Shown: positions 1 to 9,806, counted from the stretch's first letter. The stretch is 64,000 bases of DNA from Obrimoposthia wandeli (GCA_977020255.1 CDROCS010000253.1:124001-188000); one strand, 5' to 3'. Translations and numbers: made by a program. Notes: generated by a model from the sequence alone, not told the origin.

Positions 1-357
1 CAAGCAAGAGAAATGACAGTTCGCCCCTATAAAGAAGATTGGCAAGGCAGTATTGAATCTAGACCTTTCAGGTTAGGGGAAACCTTAAACCAAAAGCTTG
101 CAGAATACTCTGCAAAAGACGGTATTGATTTAATTTGGTGGTTAAACCGTGATTATGTGGTGAAGGATGCGTTTCGAATTGAAAAAAACCTTTTAAAAAC
201 CACCTTTCAAGTAGCAAAAGCTATAGAAGGACATTTTGAATCAGGTCTTTCAGTCTTCTTTTGTAATCGTCAACGCTCGACTGTAGTCATTGAGAGTGCT
301 CCTCATCCCTTTTTAGATAAGGAGTGTCTTCTACTTAAGAGTGAACAAGCGTATTAA
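1..357 (+). CDS. 3' part of a protein of unknown function (frame open to the left window edge)
   Basis: Frame 1 is open from base 1 (CAA GCA AGA GAA ATG...) to TAA at 355-357. No recognisable motif. Convergent with glnE. Confidence 0.5.
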   Translation, partial: QAREMTVRPYKEDWQGSIESRPFRLGETLNQKLAEYSAKDGIDLIWWLNRDYVVKDAFRIEKNLLKTTFQVAKAIEGHFESGLSVFFCNRQRSTVVIESAPHPFLDKECLLLKSEQAY

Positions 358-405
358 CCAACCTTATTCACTCTTTTGGTTAAGTATCTTTATTAATCAC
401 CTTAG

Positions 406-3264
406 CTAATCAATTAAGCGTTTTTTCCAAATGCCTGTAATAACATCTTGTCCTGCTACGTTTTGCCTATCAATTAATTGCCCTGCATTTTGCATCGTTG
501 CTTGATGACCTAAAGCTCTTAATTTTTGATACATATTACTTAGCTGTTGTTGTTCTGCCTTTGTTACTAAGTCCAATTTCAGTAAGCTTTTAAATATACC
601 TAGATTGTCACATACCAGCATCAATTCTCTATGTTGTGTCGCGTGGGCAAGTACTAAAAATTGTGCAAGAAATTCAATATCAACTAACCCCCCTTTCCCC
701 TGTTTAATATCAAAGAGCGATTCAGTTGATTTATCTAAATGACTACGCATTTTTTCCCGCATAGTAATGATATTGCTTTTGAGTTCGATAAATTCTCTTG
801 GTTTAGATAAAACATCGTGTCGAATATCGATAAATTGTTGCTGAAGCTCTTCATTACCAAAAATCATTCGGGCTCTTACTAACGCTTGATGCTCCCATGT
901 CCAAGCATCTTCATGTTGATACTGAGCAAAGGTAGTTAAATGTACTACCAATAAACCGGAGTTCCCTGACGGCCTTAAACGCATATCCAACTCATATAAT
1001 ATGCCGCTATTCATACGGGTGTTAAAAATATGCATAATTCGCTGAGCTAACTTCATATAAAACTGGCTTGCTGGTATTACTTTACTGCCGTCAGCTCTAC
1101 CCGTTGTGTCTTCACTTGCCTCACTATGATGGACGAATACTAAATCTAAGTCTGAGCTATAACCTAACTCTACCCCACCCGTTTTTCCGTAAGCAATAAC
1201 ACCAAAGCCTTTTTCCTTCTCGCCATCTAAGCAAGAAGTCGGAACACCAAAACGTTCACTAACTTGCTGCCATGCAAGGTTTATCACTTCCGAGACAATG
1301 GCCTCAGCCAAAGACGTTAAATGTTCACTGATTTTTGCTACTGGTAATACATCAGCAATTTCAGCGGCAGCAATGCGTAATTGCTGAGATTGTTTAAACT
1401 GACGCAAAGCCTCCATTTGTGCTTCAAGATCTTCTTCTGGAATTCTCAACATGCGCTCACGTAACTCTATCGCATAAGATGACAATTGTGGTGGGTTATG
1501 TAATAACTTGGGGTCAATAAGCTCATCAAGTAAAATAGGGTATTTAGCGATATAATCTGTCACCCAGCTACTTGCCTGGCATAAATGAATAAGTTGCTTT
1601 AACGCGCCTTCATTTTCAAAAAGTAGCTCCAGATAAGCAGTACGTGTCACTATTTTGCTAAAGACTTGTAATACTCTTGCTAAAACTTGTTCTGCCATCT
1701 CATTTTTTTGTAATCGACATAAAAGTAACGGGATTAATTTATCTAAAACCTGACGTCCTCTGTTACCTAAACTGCGTTTGCTAGTATCCTCTCTAAAATC
1801 ATGCAGTATTCGCCATATCTTACCACTTTGCCAACTAAGGGCCTCTTGCTCTAACCAAGCGATAGATTCTTCGTTACTCCAGCGACTATGCCAAAGCGTT
1901 ACCCAGTGTTCGTCTGCCGCTTGATGATTTGGGCTATCTAGTCCAATAAGCAAATCAAACTCTTGGTGAACACCATCCATATGTTTGGCTAATATAGCTA
2001 AAAATTCAGGCCACGTTTCAATGGCAAGTACAGCTAATAATCGCTGCTGATCAAGCTGATTATCGGGTAATGTTTGCGTTTGTTTGTCTGCTAATGCTTG
2101 AATAATATTTTCAACACGTCGTAAGAAACGGTAAGCGTTTTCTAATACTTTTTCGTTCGCTGCATTAATTTCGCCTGACTCAACAAGTTTTGGTAATACA
2201 ATTAATAAACTGCGTTGTTGAAGTTCTTTTACCCGTCCTCCTCGAATCAACTGAAAAACTTGCACGATAAACTCAATTTCACGAATACCGCCAGCGCCAA
2301 GTTTAATATTATTAATGAGCTGTTTACGACGAACTTCTTGGGCAATCATCATTTTCATACGGCGTAAACTATCAATAACACTGAAATCAATATAACGGCG
2401 ATACACAAAAGGTCTGAGCATGCTTGATAGTTGAGTATGGTATTTAGAGTCACCAATAACCCGGGCTTTCAACATCGCATAGCGCTCCCAATCGCGCCCT
2501 TGCTCTTGGTAATAATCTTCCATTGCATTAAATGTCAGCACAAGTGGTCCACTATCACCAAAAGGACGTAATCGCATATCGACACGATAAACAAAACCAT
2601 CACAGGTTACTTGGTGTAATGCAGCAATGAGTTTTTGTGCTAAACGGGTAAAGAATTGTTGATTATCAATACTGCGACGACAACCTATGGTTTCTCCACT
2701 GTCAGGATAAGTAAAAATTAAATCTATATCGGAGGAAAAATTTAACTCCTTACCGCCGAGTTTCCCCATGCCATAGACCAATAAAACCTGACTTTCACCT
2801 TCTTTATTAGTCGGTGTACCCCATTTCTGCTGACAAAAGTCAGTGAGCCATTGTAAGCTCGCTAAAATAAGTTCATCGGCTAATGAGGATAATCTTGCCA
2901 ATGAAATATCTAGGCTAATACTAAACACTAAGTCATCGAGCGCTATCTTAACCATTTGTTGTAAGCGAAAGCGTCTAAGGCTTCGATGCAGCTGAGCTTC
3001 ATCAGTACAAAGCGATAATTTTTCACGTAAAAGACTTTTATAATCCGGCAACGCTTCTTCGTTAGGTACTTTAAAAAGTTCAATTACGATTTCAGGCGCT
3101 TGTAAGGCACTTGTTAAGATGAAATCACTCAAGGTTATCGCTTGTTTAAACGTATCAAGCTGCTCTTGTGTTAATTCATTACAGGCATCTGCATGCTGGT
3201 CAATAAATTGCTGCCAGCTGGTTTTTTGTTGTTCATGTAAAAGGGGAGAAAAAGATAACGTCAC
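406..3264 (-). CDS. glnE: Bifunctional glutamine synthetase adenylyltransferase/deadenylylase
   Basis: 952 aa with two nucleotidyltransferase repeats (GMGKLGGKELNFSSDIDL; AYGKTGGVELGYSSDLDL; DMRLRP twice). Confidence 0.97.
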   Translation of the reverse strand: MTLSFSPLLHEQQKTSWQQFIDQHADACNELTQEQLDTFKQAITLSDFILTSALQAPEIVIELFKVPNEEALPDYKSLLREKLSLCTDEAQLHRSLRRFRLQQMVKIALDDLVFSISLDISLARLSSLADELILASLQWLTDFCQQKWGTPTNKEGESQVLLVYGMGKLGGKELNFSSDIDLIFTYPDSGETIGCRRSIDNQQFFTRLAQKLIAALHQVTCDGFVYRVDMRLRPFGDSGPLVLTFNAMEDYYQEQGRDWERYAMLKARVIGDSKYHTQLSSMLRPFVYRRYIDFSVIDSLRRMKMMIAQEVRRKQLINNIKLGAGGIREIEFIVQVFQLIRGGRVKELQQRSLLIVLPKLVESGEINAANEKVLENAYRFLRRVENIIQALADKQTQTLPDNQLDQQRLLAVLAIETWPEFLAILAKHMDGVHQEFDLLIGLDSPNHQAADEHWVTLWHSRWSNEESIAWLEQEALSWQSGKIWRILHDFREDTSKRSLGNRGRQVLDKLIPLLLCRLQKNEMAEQVLARVLQVFSKIVTRTAYLELLFENEGALKQLIHLCQASSWVTDYIAKYPILLDELIDPKLLHNPPQLSSYAIELRERMLRIPEEDLEAQMEALRQFKQSQQLRIAAAEIADVLPVAKISEHLTSLAEAIVSEVINLAWQQVSERFGVPTSCLDGEKEKGFGVIAYGKTGGVELGYSSDLDLVFVHHSEASEDTTGRADGSKVIPASQFYMKLAQRIMHIFNTRMNSGILYELDMRLRPSGNSGLLVVHLTTFAQYQHEDAWTWEHQALVRARMIFGNEELQQQFIDIRHDVLSKPREFIELKSNIITMREKMRSHLDKSTESLFDIKQGKGGLVDIEFLAQFLVLAHATQHRELMLVCDNLGIFKSLLKLDLVTKAEQQQLSNMYQKLRALGHQATMQNAGQLIDRQNVAGQDVITGIWKKRLID

Positions 3265-3297
3265 AAGAATTCCTTATATTAAGCAAGCGTTGCTATA

Positions 3298-3310
3298 GAC
3301 ATAATATGTC
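3298..3310. promoter_or_regulatory. Palindromic operator GACATAATATGTC (copy 1), between glnE and the lipoprotein-DUF350-speE operon
   Basis: Exact 13-bp match to the core at 7513-7525. Overlaps a TAGACA -35-like hexamer at 3296-3301. Confidence 0.7.
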
Positions 3311-3360
3311 GTTAATGGTATTAATTGACAATTGTCTATGATTTGTCGCTAAAATTAATA

Positions 3361-3622
3361 ATAGCCAAGCCACTTCAAAATGTGAGCTTCAGGGCGTCTG
3401 AGTAAATCAGGATCAAGGCGCATCTTTTATTAATGGTTATTCACTTATAAATAGATGCAACGACGAACATGTTTTACTCAGTCGCCCCCAAAGGGCTGGT
3501 TTAGAAATGTTTTATACTGCATTATTGATTTCGACAAGGGAATAACCATTTTCTTCAATCGATGCTTTGCCTAAAACGTTTCTAATTCCAGCTGAATCCT
3601 CATCTTGAGGTGGTTTGGGTAT
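3361..3622. repeat. MITE/ERIC-like interspersed repeat, ~260 bp (subfamily A')
   Basis: Imperfect terminal inverted repeats (atagccaagccacttcaaaatg / revcomp atacccaaaccacctcaagatg). The core gacaagggaataaccatt..ttcaatc.atgc.ttgcct is shared with copies at 7566, 14796 and 42834. Confidence 0.8.
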
Positions 3623-3654
3623 CACTATTACGATAACATAGCATTTTTAAGGAG

Positions 3655-4644
3655 ATGATGGCAGAAATGCACTTACTAAAAACACCTTTTTTATTGCTCT
3701 TGATCATAATTACTACGCTTAGTTTGTTTGGCTGTGGTGATCCTGTAAAAGAACAAATTGAACAGCAATTACCGATAACTGAACAAAGAGTTACTCAGTT
3801 AGGTACGGCCTTAAATAATGGTCAAATTCGCAATGCCAGCTTAATTAATCAATACGCTGATAAAGTAATGGTTAATAAAGCTAATTTAGCGCCCTTGATT
3901 AATGAACTCCGTAAAGATGCTTCCACTAATGGCCCTATGTATAAAGCGCTATTAGATAGAATTAATACGGCAAAGACTCAGCCACAAATGTTTGAGTCTT
4001 CTCAAGCGCTTTACAATGAATTGCTTAATATTTATCAAGCGGCAGACCCTGTACTTTATTCTGATGCATTGAGCGACCCGCTTAATGTGTTAGCTGATAT
4101 GTCTGATGGTCAACTGCCTCGTATCAATTCTTTATCCAAATCGCAAAGTCAGCAAGCCAACAATGCCCAAGACTTTGGTACAGGTGAGCAATTAATTGGT
4201 AACCCCAGTTATGGTAACTGGCAAACAGGCAGTAATGGCATGTCTTTTTGGGCATGGTATGGCATGTACTCTATGATGGGCGATATGTTTGGTCGTCGTA
4301 CTTCTTATAATGATTGGGGTAGAAGTCGTAATTATAGCTATTACAACGACTACGGCAGAACCCGTTACAGTTCACCTGGGCAATTAAAGAAACAAACATC
4401 CCTTGATACCCGTACTAAAAAATCATTTAGTAATCGCGGGCAAAAGTTTACCAGCCCGTACAGCAAAAACCGAGCGGGTTCATCAAGCTTATCAAGCCAG
4501 AGTAGAACAGCCCAAACCAGTGCTAATCGCTTTCGCACCAATACGGTGAAGAAAAGCAGTTATGCTAATAAATCTAAAAGTAAAAACTCTAGTTTTAGAA
4601 ACTCAAAAACCAATACATCACGCGGCTTTAAACGCGGGAAGTAA
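3655..4644 (+). CDS. Lipoprotein with a Gly/aromatic segment and a long Ser/Arg/Lys-rich C-terminal tail (positional analogue of YjfM/YgiB)
   Basis: Lipobox LSLFG-C after a hydrophobic signal; low-complexity basic tail; first gene of the DUF350-speE operon. Exact start codon uncertain (3655, 3658 or 3667). Confidence 0.75.
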   Translation: MMAEMHLLKTPFLLLLIIITTLSLFGCGDPVKEQIEQQLPITEQRVTQLGTALNNGQIRNASLINQYADKVMVNKANLAPLINELRKDASTNGPMYKALLDRINTAKTQPQMFESSQALYNELLNIYQAADPVLYSDALSDPLNVLADMSDGQLPRINSLSKSQSQQANNAQDFGTGEQLIGNPSYGNWQTGSNGMSFWAWYGMYSMMGDMFGRRTSYNDWGRSRNYSYYNDYGRTRYSSPGQLKKQTSLDTRTKKSFSNRGQKFTSPYSKNRAGSSSLSSQSRTAQTSANRFRTNTVKKSSYANKSKSKNSSFRNSKTNTSRGFKRGK

Positions 4645-4675
4645 TGAATAAATAAAGAATAGGAACGCTAAAATT

Positions 4676-5578
4676 ATGAACTCATTCATCGAACTCGCTG
4701 GTGTTAATCAAGACTTACTCGTTTATTTGGCCATTGATGTCTCTATAGCCATATTATTATTAGGGGCGATGCGATTCCTTTCAGGGCTGAGTGCCAAGGT
4801 AAACAGTACTGAAGAATTAGCAAAAGAAGATAACTTCGCTTTTGGTATCAGTGTTGCAGGTAGCATATTAGCACTAGGTATTGTACTTACTGGCGCTATT
4901 ACCGGCGAAGCAGCAAGTAGCTATGCCATGGAAGCTATTGGCATGCTCGCATACGGCGGTTATGGTTTGATACTTATTAAAGTAGGTCGTATTATCCATG
5001 ATAAAGTAGCACTGCAACGTTTAGATAAAAATGCGCTGATAATAGAGAAAAACTTAACCATTGGTATTATTGATGCCGCTGGTGCTATTGCAACGGCGAT
5101 AGTCATTCGTGCAGTATTATTATGGGTAGATGGACTAGATTTTAGTACATTTATTGCTATTACCAGTGGTTTTATTGTTGCTCAAACAATGTTGGTTCTA
5201 GTGACTCGACTTCGTGAACGACAATATGCTAAAAACAATCAAGAAGACTGCTTACAAGAAGCGTTAAGTAATGGTCAACTTGCTTTAGCCATTCGCTATA
5301 GTGGGCAGGTAATAAGTACGGCTTTAGCGGTAACAGCTGCAAGTCACTTCCTTACTTATAGCCCTGAAACGTTAGTTGTTAATTTACTGGGCTGGTTAAT
5401 TTTTGGTATCGGAATGACCTTACTTGTTGCCCTACTTACTGCAATAGCTAAGCGCATCGTACTTTGGGGAATTGACTTAGTTGAAGAAGTTGATCAACAA
5501 CATAATATCGGTGTTGCTAGTATTGAAATGGCAACCAGTATTGCCATAGCCTTAATATTAACGGCGCTAATGGCTTAA
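4676..5578 (+). CDS. DUF350 (YjfL-like) inner-membrane protein with duplicated domain
   Basis: About 8 hydrophobic segments with repeated 'N.A.GI..AG / NIGVASIE.A..IAIAL' patterns; context of the yjf cluster. Confidence 0.8.
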   Translation: MNSFIELAGVNQDLLVYLAIDVSIAILLLGAMRFLSGLSAKVNSTEELAKEDNFAFGISVAGSILALGIVLTGAITGEAASSYAMEAIGMLAYGGYGLILIKVGRIIHDKVALQRLDKNALIIEKNLTIGIIDAAGAIATAIVIRAVLLWVDGLDFSTFIAITSGFIVAQTMLVLVTRLRERQYAKNNQEDCLQEALSNGQLALAIRYSGQVISTALAVTAASHFLTYSPETLVVNLLGWLIFGIGMTLLVALLTAIAKRIVLWGIDLVEEVDQQHNIGVASIEMATSIAIALILTALMA

Positions 5579-5708
5579 TAGGTTACATATATAAAGTAAA
5601 CTCGCCACCATAGTGCTATCAAGCGCTGGTGGTGAGTATTTCAAAGACTCTCTGACTTCATATTTCATTCCTCTCCCCACTGATTAATACTTATTAACGA
5701 TTAACACT

Positions 5709-7430
5709 ATGTCACAAAATACTTTACCTCAAGACCCTTTACTTCAAAATAAGTCTCACTTGCTCGACGATATTCTACTTATTCTAACAATGGCTGTTTT
5801 AGCTGGTTGTGGTCTGATTTATGAGTACTTGCTATCTCATTACGCCGGTCGAGTGTTAGGCGTGATGGAAAGTACTATCTACACCATGATCGGGTTAATG
5901 ATAGTGTCAATGGGGCTTGGCGCTTTTGCCGCTCGAAAAGTCCGCTGTGCTTTTAATGGTTTTGTCTGGTTAGAGCTTATGATTGCCTTACTAGGTAGCT
6001 CTGCCATTTTGATCATTGGTGGTTTAATCGCTATTACGCAAATATTCCCGCAATTGATTGCCGATATGCTATCACTGCCACCTGATATGAAACCACAAGG
6101 TGGACTCTTCAAACAGTTAAGTTGGCTGGCTTTTAATAGTCCTTACTTTTTCGGGGTTGTTTTAGGCTTTTTTATTGGCATGGAAATTCCGCTTATTGCT
6201 CGCATTCGAGAGAGTATTCATCAGCAGCATCTTGCCAACAATTTAGGTACTATTTATGGTGCAGATTATGTTGGTGCCGGTATTGGTGCGGCAATCTGGG
6301 TAGTTTTTTTACTAAGTATCGATATCAGTAAAGCCGCAGCACTCACCGCAAGTTTAAATCTAATTGCCGGCGCTTTTTTTATCTTACGCTATTGGCAACA
6401 ACTTACTTGGCGAAAAACCTTTGTAGGTTTACATTGTGCATTAGCATTAATTATTATTTTGATGTTTAATTATGGTAATCAATGGCTTAATCAAATGAAT
6501 AGTCTGCTTTACCTTGATAAAGTGGTTCACACCGATAAAACACGCTATCAGCAGTTAACCTTTACCGAACGTCACATGGGTCTTGAGCAAGACAATATAA
6601 TCAATTTCTACCTAAATGGTCGCTTACAGTTTTCATCTATTGATGAACATATTTATCATGATTACCTTGTTGCTCCTGTAATGGCAGGCTCTGCACGACA
6701 TGATAATATATTAATTATTGGCGGCGGTGACGGTTTAGCCTTAAGGGATGTTTTAAAATACAATCCTAAACAGGTAACATTAATCGACTTAGACAGTGAA
6801 CTAATCGATATATTTAAACAACCTAAAGGTCTAGTAAACCCTCGCTTAGCACGTCAAATTTTACAATTGAATAAACAAAGTTTACAGGATAAACGCGTCA
6901 AAATTTACCGTGCCGATGCGTTTATTGCCATTAATGAATTATTAAAAGCACGACAAACATTCGATGCTATTATTGTTGATTTACCAGATCCAAGCCATCC
7001 TGATCTCAATAAACTCTATTCAGTAAATTTTTATGCGCGGCTTAAATTGTTACTGTCGGGGGATGGTTTGATTGCGATTCAATCAACTAGCCCATATCAT
7101 GCTAAAGACTCTTTCATTGCGATTGGTAATACCTTAGCAGCAGCTAAATTTGCTCATGTTGAGCAATATCACGACAACGTGCCCAGCTTTGGTGAATGGG
7201 GTTGGACCATTGCCGCTAAAAATGGCGCTAGCCCATTAACAAGATTAAACAAATTAACTAAGCTTCCGGTAGCGCATCGATGGTTAAATTTAGCTATATT
7301 AAAAGCGGCTTTTATTTTTCCTAATGATTTTTATCAAAATAAAGAGAATATCGGCATTAATATATTGGGCAGTCATACCATTTATCAATTACATCAAAAG
7401 GCTTGGCAAGACCAACAAAACTTGAATTAA
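5709..7430 (+). CDS. speE: Polyamine aminopropyltransferase (spermidine synthase) with an N-terminal multi-TM domain
   Basis: N-terminal ~250 aa hydrophobic; SAM-binding IIGGGDG motif, IIVDLPDP, VPSFGEWGW. Confidence 0.88.
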   Translation: MSQNTLPQDPLLQNKSHLLDDILLILTMAVLAGCGLIYEYLLSHYAGRVLGVMESTIYTMIGLMIVSMGLGAFAARKVRCAFNGFVWLELMIALLGSSAILIIGGLIAITQIFPQLIADMLSLPPDMKPQGGLFKQLSWLAFNSPYFFGVVLGFFIGMEIPLIARIRESIHQQHLANNLGTIYGADYVGAGIGAAIWVVFLLSIDISKAAALTASLNLIAGAFFILRYWQQLTWRKTFVGLHCALALIIILMFNYGNQWLNQMNSLLYLDKVVHTDKTRYQQLTFTERHMGLEQDNIINFYLNGRLQFSSIDEHIYHDYLVAPVMAGSARHDNILIIGGGDGLALRDVLKYNPKQVTLIDLDSELIDIFKQPKGLVNPRLARQILQLNKQSLQDKRVKIYRADAFIAINELLKARQTFDAIIVDLPDPSHPDLNKLYSVNFYARLKLLLSGDGLIAIQSTSPYHAKDSFIAIGNTLAAAKFAHVEQYHDNVPSFGEWGWTIAAKNGASPLTRLNKLTKLPVAHRWLNLAILKAAFIFPNDFYQNKENIGINILGSHTIYQLHQKAWQDQQNLN

Positions 7431-7510
7431 GCTTTACTACTAGGGTTATTACTCAGTAATAGTTCTAAGCATTATTTATAGAATGGTTACAATTAGTTTA
7501 TAAAAACCGC

Positions 7511-7561
7511 TTGACATAATATGTCAAGGTGTTAAATTTAACTCAGACGACATATTATGTC
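7511..7561 (+). promoter_or_regulatory. sigma70-type promoter with two operator copies (TTGACATAATATGTCAA 7511-7527; GACATATTATGTC 7549-7561)
   Basis: TTGACA at 7511-7516, then TG-n-TAAATT (extended -10) at 7530-7538. The 17-bp perfect palindrome covers the -35 and the second copy lies just past the predicted start site. Confidence 0.75.
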
Positions 7562-7565
7562 ATCT

Positions 7566-7834
7566 TATACCAAGTTGATTGAGTTCTTTCCCACTCAGCG
7601 AGAATTAAAAGGTTTATAGGCAAGGCATTGATTGAAGATAATGGTTATTCCCTTGTCAAAATCAATAACGCAGTATCTAAACCTTTTAAACTCGCCCTTT
7701 GGGAGCTTGCTCGATAAGCACTAACATCGTTAAATTTATTGAGTTTAGAGTGACTAAACCTAAAAAAATTTACCTTGTTATTGAACATCGAGCACAGCTC
7801 TGAGTTGGGAAGGAATTTAATCAAATTGGTATTA
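7566..7834. repeat. MITE/ERIC-like interspersed repeat, ~270 bp (subfamily A)
   Basis: Terminal inverted repeats tataccaagttgattgagttctttcccactcag / revcomp taataccaatttgattaaattccttcccaactcag. Colinear by eye with 42834-43102. Confidence 0.85.
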
Positions 7835-7866
7835 TTTTCATCAAAGAAAGGAAGGATAGGAAATAC

Positions 7867-8280
7867 ATGAACATTCATACTATAGCCGATCACTTAAACA
7901 GCTTGGCAGATAATTCAGACACAGGAATGAGCTTTGATTGCCAACCGATATCTGGCGAAGTCGACGTCCTGCAAATTAGCATTTCAGACCGTGAAGAGTT
8001 ACCCATTTTTGTTTCAGTAACCGATGACCAAATTATTTGCATCAGCTACTTATGGGGAACCGAAGAAGTTAAACCTGAATGTATTCATACCATGCATGAG
8101 AGCATGTTAGAAATGAATATCCCTATGCCCTTATCATCATTTTCAAAAATTGGTGATAAATATGTAGTCTTTGGCGCTTTATCTATCAATTCAAGCTTTT
8201 CTGATGTTGAGCATGAGTTAGCGGTATTAAGCAATAATGCCATGGAAGTGATTGATGATATGAGTGATTACTTACTTTAG
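7867..8280 (+). CDS. yjfI: YjfI family (DUF2170) protein, CesT/Tir-chaperone-like
   Basis: 137 aa, acidic; 'LPIFVSVTDDQIICISYLW...MLEMNIPMPLSSF....YVVFGALS' pattern; directly upstream of the PspA homolog. Confidence 0.8.
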   Translation: MNIHTIADHLNSLADNSDTGMSFDCQPISGEVDVLQISISDREELPIFVSVTDDQIICISYLWGTEEVKPECIHTMHESMLEMNIPMPLSSFSKIGDKYVVFGALSINSSFSDVEHELAVLSNNAMEVIDDMSDYLL

Positions 8281-8340
8281 TTAAACAACTAATTAAGCGT
8301 CATTTTGATTACCCCTAATTAGGAATAAGTGGAGTTAATA

Positions 8341-9030
8341 ATGAGTATATTTAAGAAAATAATGACCGCAATTCGTGGCGGCGCATCAGAAGCTGGTGAA
8401 GCAATCATTGATGCGAATGCAACCCGTATTTTTGAACAAGAAATTCGTGATGCTGAAAATCACCTAACCAAAGCAAAACGTGATTTAACCGGTGTTATGG
8501 CTGAGCAAATGTCAGCAAAACGTGAAGTAGATCGCTTAAGCCGTGAAATTACAGAACATGAAGGTTATGTAGCACAAGCGCTTGAAAAAGGTGATGAAAC
8601 ATTAGCACTTGCTGTAGCAGAAAAAATTGCTAACTTAGAAAGTACTTTAGCTGATCAACAACAAGCCCACGATAGTTTCAGTGGTAGTGCTGATCGTTTG
8701 AAAGAGTTAGTTAAGAAAAGTGAACGCCAAGTCGCGGAGCATAAACGTCAACTTTCTATGGTTAAAACGACTGAAAGTGTACAAAAAGCAACGTCAGCAA
8801 TTACCGATAATTTTTCATCAAGCAATTCTAAGTTATTAAGTGCGAAAGATTCTTTAGAACGCATTAAAGCTAAGCAACAAAAGTTCGATGATAAAATGAA
8901 AGCGGGTGAGTTACTTGAATCTGAAAACTCTGACTCATCATTACAAGCGCAATTAAAAGCCGCCGGTATTGGTTCACAAGACAATAGCGCTAATTCAGTA
9001 TTAGAGCGTTTAAAAGCTAAACAAAAGTAA
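8341..9030 (+). CDS. pspA: PspA/IM30 family protein (YjfJ-like)
   Basis: MSIFKKIMTAIRGGASEAGEAIID.NATRIFEQEIRDAE; long coiled coil. GGAG RBS favours ATG 8341 over GTG 8329. Confidence 0.92.
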   Translation: MSIFKKIMTAIRGGASEAGEAIIDANATRIFEQEIRDAENHLTKAKRDLTGVMAEQMSAKREVDRLSREITEHEGYVAQALEKGDETLALAVAEKIANLESTLADQQQAHDSFSGSADRLKELVKKSERQVAEHKRQLSMVKTTESVQKATSAITDNFSSSNSKLLSAKDSLERIKAKQQKFDDKMKAGELLESENSDSSLQAQLKAAGIGSQDNSANSVLERLKAKQK

Positions 9031-9038
9031 TATGCCTT

Positions 9039-9072
9039 AAGCCAGTTGAATTATTTAACTGGCTTTACTTTT
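9039..9072 (+). terminator. Intrinsic terminator-like hairpin after pspA, inside the operon
   Basis: aagccagttgaa-ttat-ttaactggctt followed by tactttt. Confidence 0.65.
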
Positions 9073-9164
9073 AACAATTTTTAAAATAATACCGTATCTG
9101 AGCCTGATTTATTCACTCTATAGTATGGTATTAAATAAGCATCCATCCTACTTCAGGTAACCCT

Positions 9165-9806
9165 ATGAGCTTTTTTAAAAAGATATTTAATAAATCATCT
9201 AACGAACCAAGAAAATTAACACAAGTTAATCAATTATTGGCTGATGATATTATTGTTTTGACCGATAGTTTTGCTCTACCTGAATCATTACGTGGACAAG
9301 AGTTTCAAGTAAAGTCCGTTAATAGCTATGAATTTGAAGATAAAGTACAAACCGAATGGGCTTTAATGGGTTCTAACGCGCTAGAAATATTTTTATCACT
9401 GGAAGAAGATGATATTTCCGAGCTGAAATTATCATTAAAAATTCAGCACGAAGATGTCGAAACCTTGTTTGACTTAGATAATTTTTCCGAAATTTTTGAT
9501 GAGCCAGGAAACGCTTTTTTAGAGAAAAAAGCTGACTCCAAAATCACCACGATGTGGAGCAGCGAGCAATATCAACAAAGCGTATTTGCTAAGGTCGGTT
9601 TTTTTCACCGCAAAGATCACCGTAGTGAGAGCCTGTCAGCTTATGAAGGAAAAGATAGCGGCGAGCAATTTGAATTATATAGCTTATATAATGAAGACCA
9701 GAGTAAAGGTATTGATGTTGAAGTATGGCAAGATGGCGATACTGAAGTGTGCTTAACTCTATTTAGGCCCCTTAGTGATATAATTGATATGTATCCAGCA
9801 AGTTAG
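9165..9806 (+). CDS. yjfK: YjfK family (DUF2491-like) protein
   Basis: 213 aa, acidic, starting MSFFKKIF; position after the PspA homolog matches the yjfIJK order. Confidence 0.65.
   Translation: MSFFKKIFNKSSNEPRKLTQVNQLLADDIIVLTDSFALPESLRGQEFQVKSVNSYEFEDKVQTEWALMGSNALEIFLSLEEDDISELKLSLKIQHEDVETLFDLDNFSEIFDEPGNAFLEKKADSKITTMWSSEQYQQSVFAKVGFFHRKDHRSESLSAYEGKDSGEQFELYSLYNEDQSKGIDVEVWQDGDTEVCLTLFRPLSDIIDMYPAS

Noticed and set aside
7645-7893. 82-aa minus-strand ORF
   Set aside because: Lies almost entirely within the family-A MITE and overlaps the yjfI start; a repeat-derived artefact.
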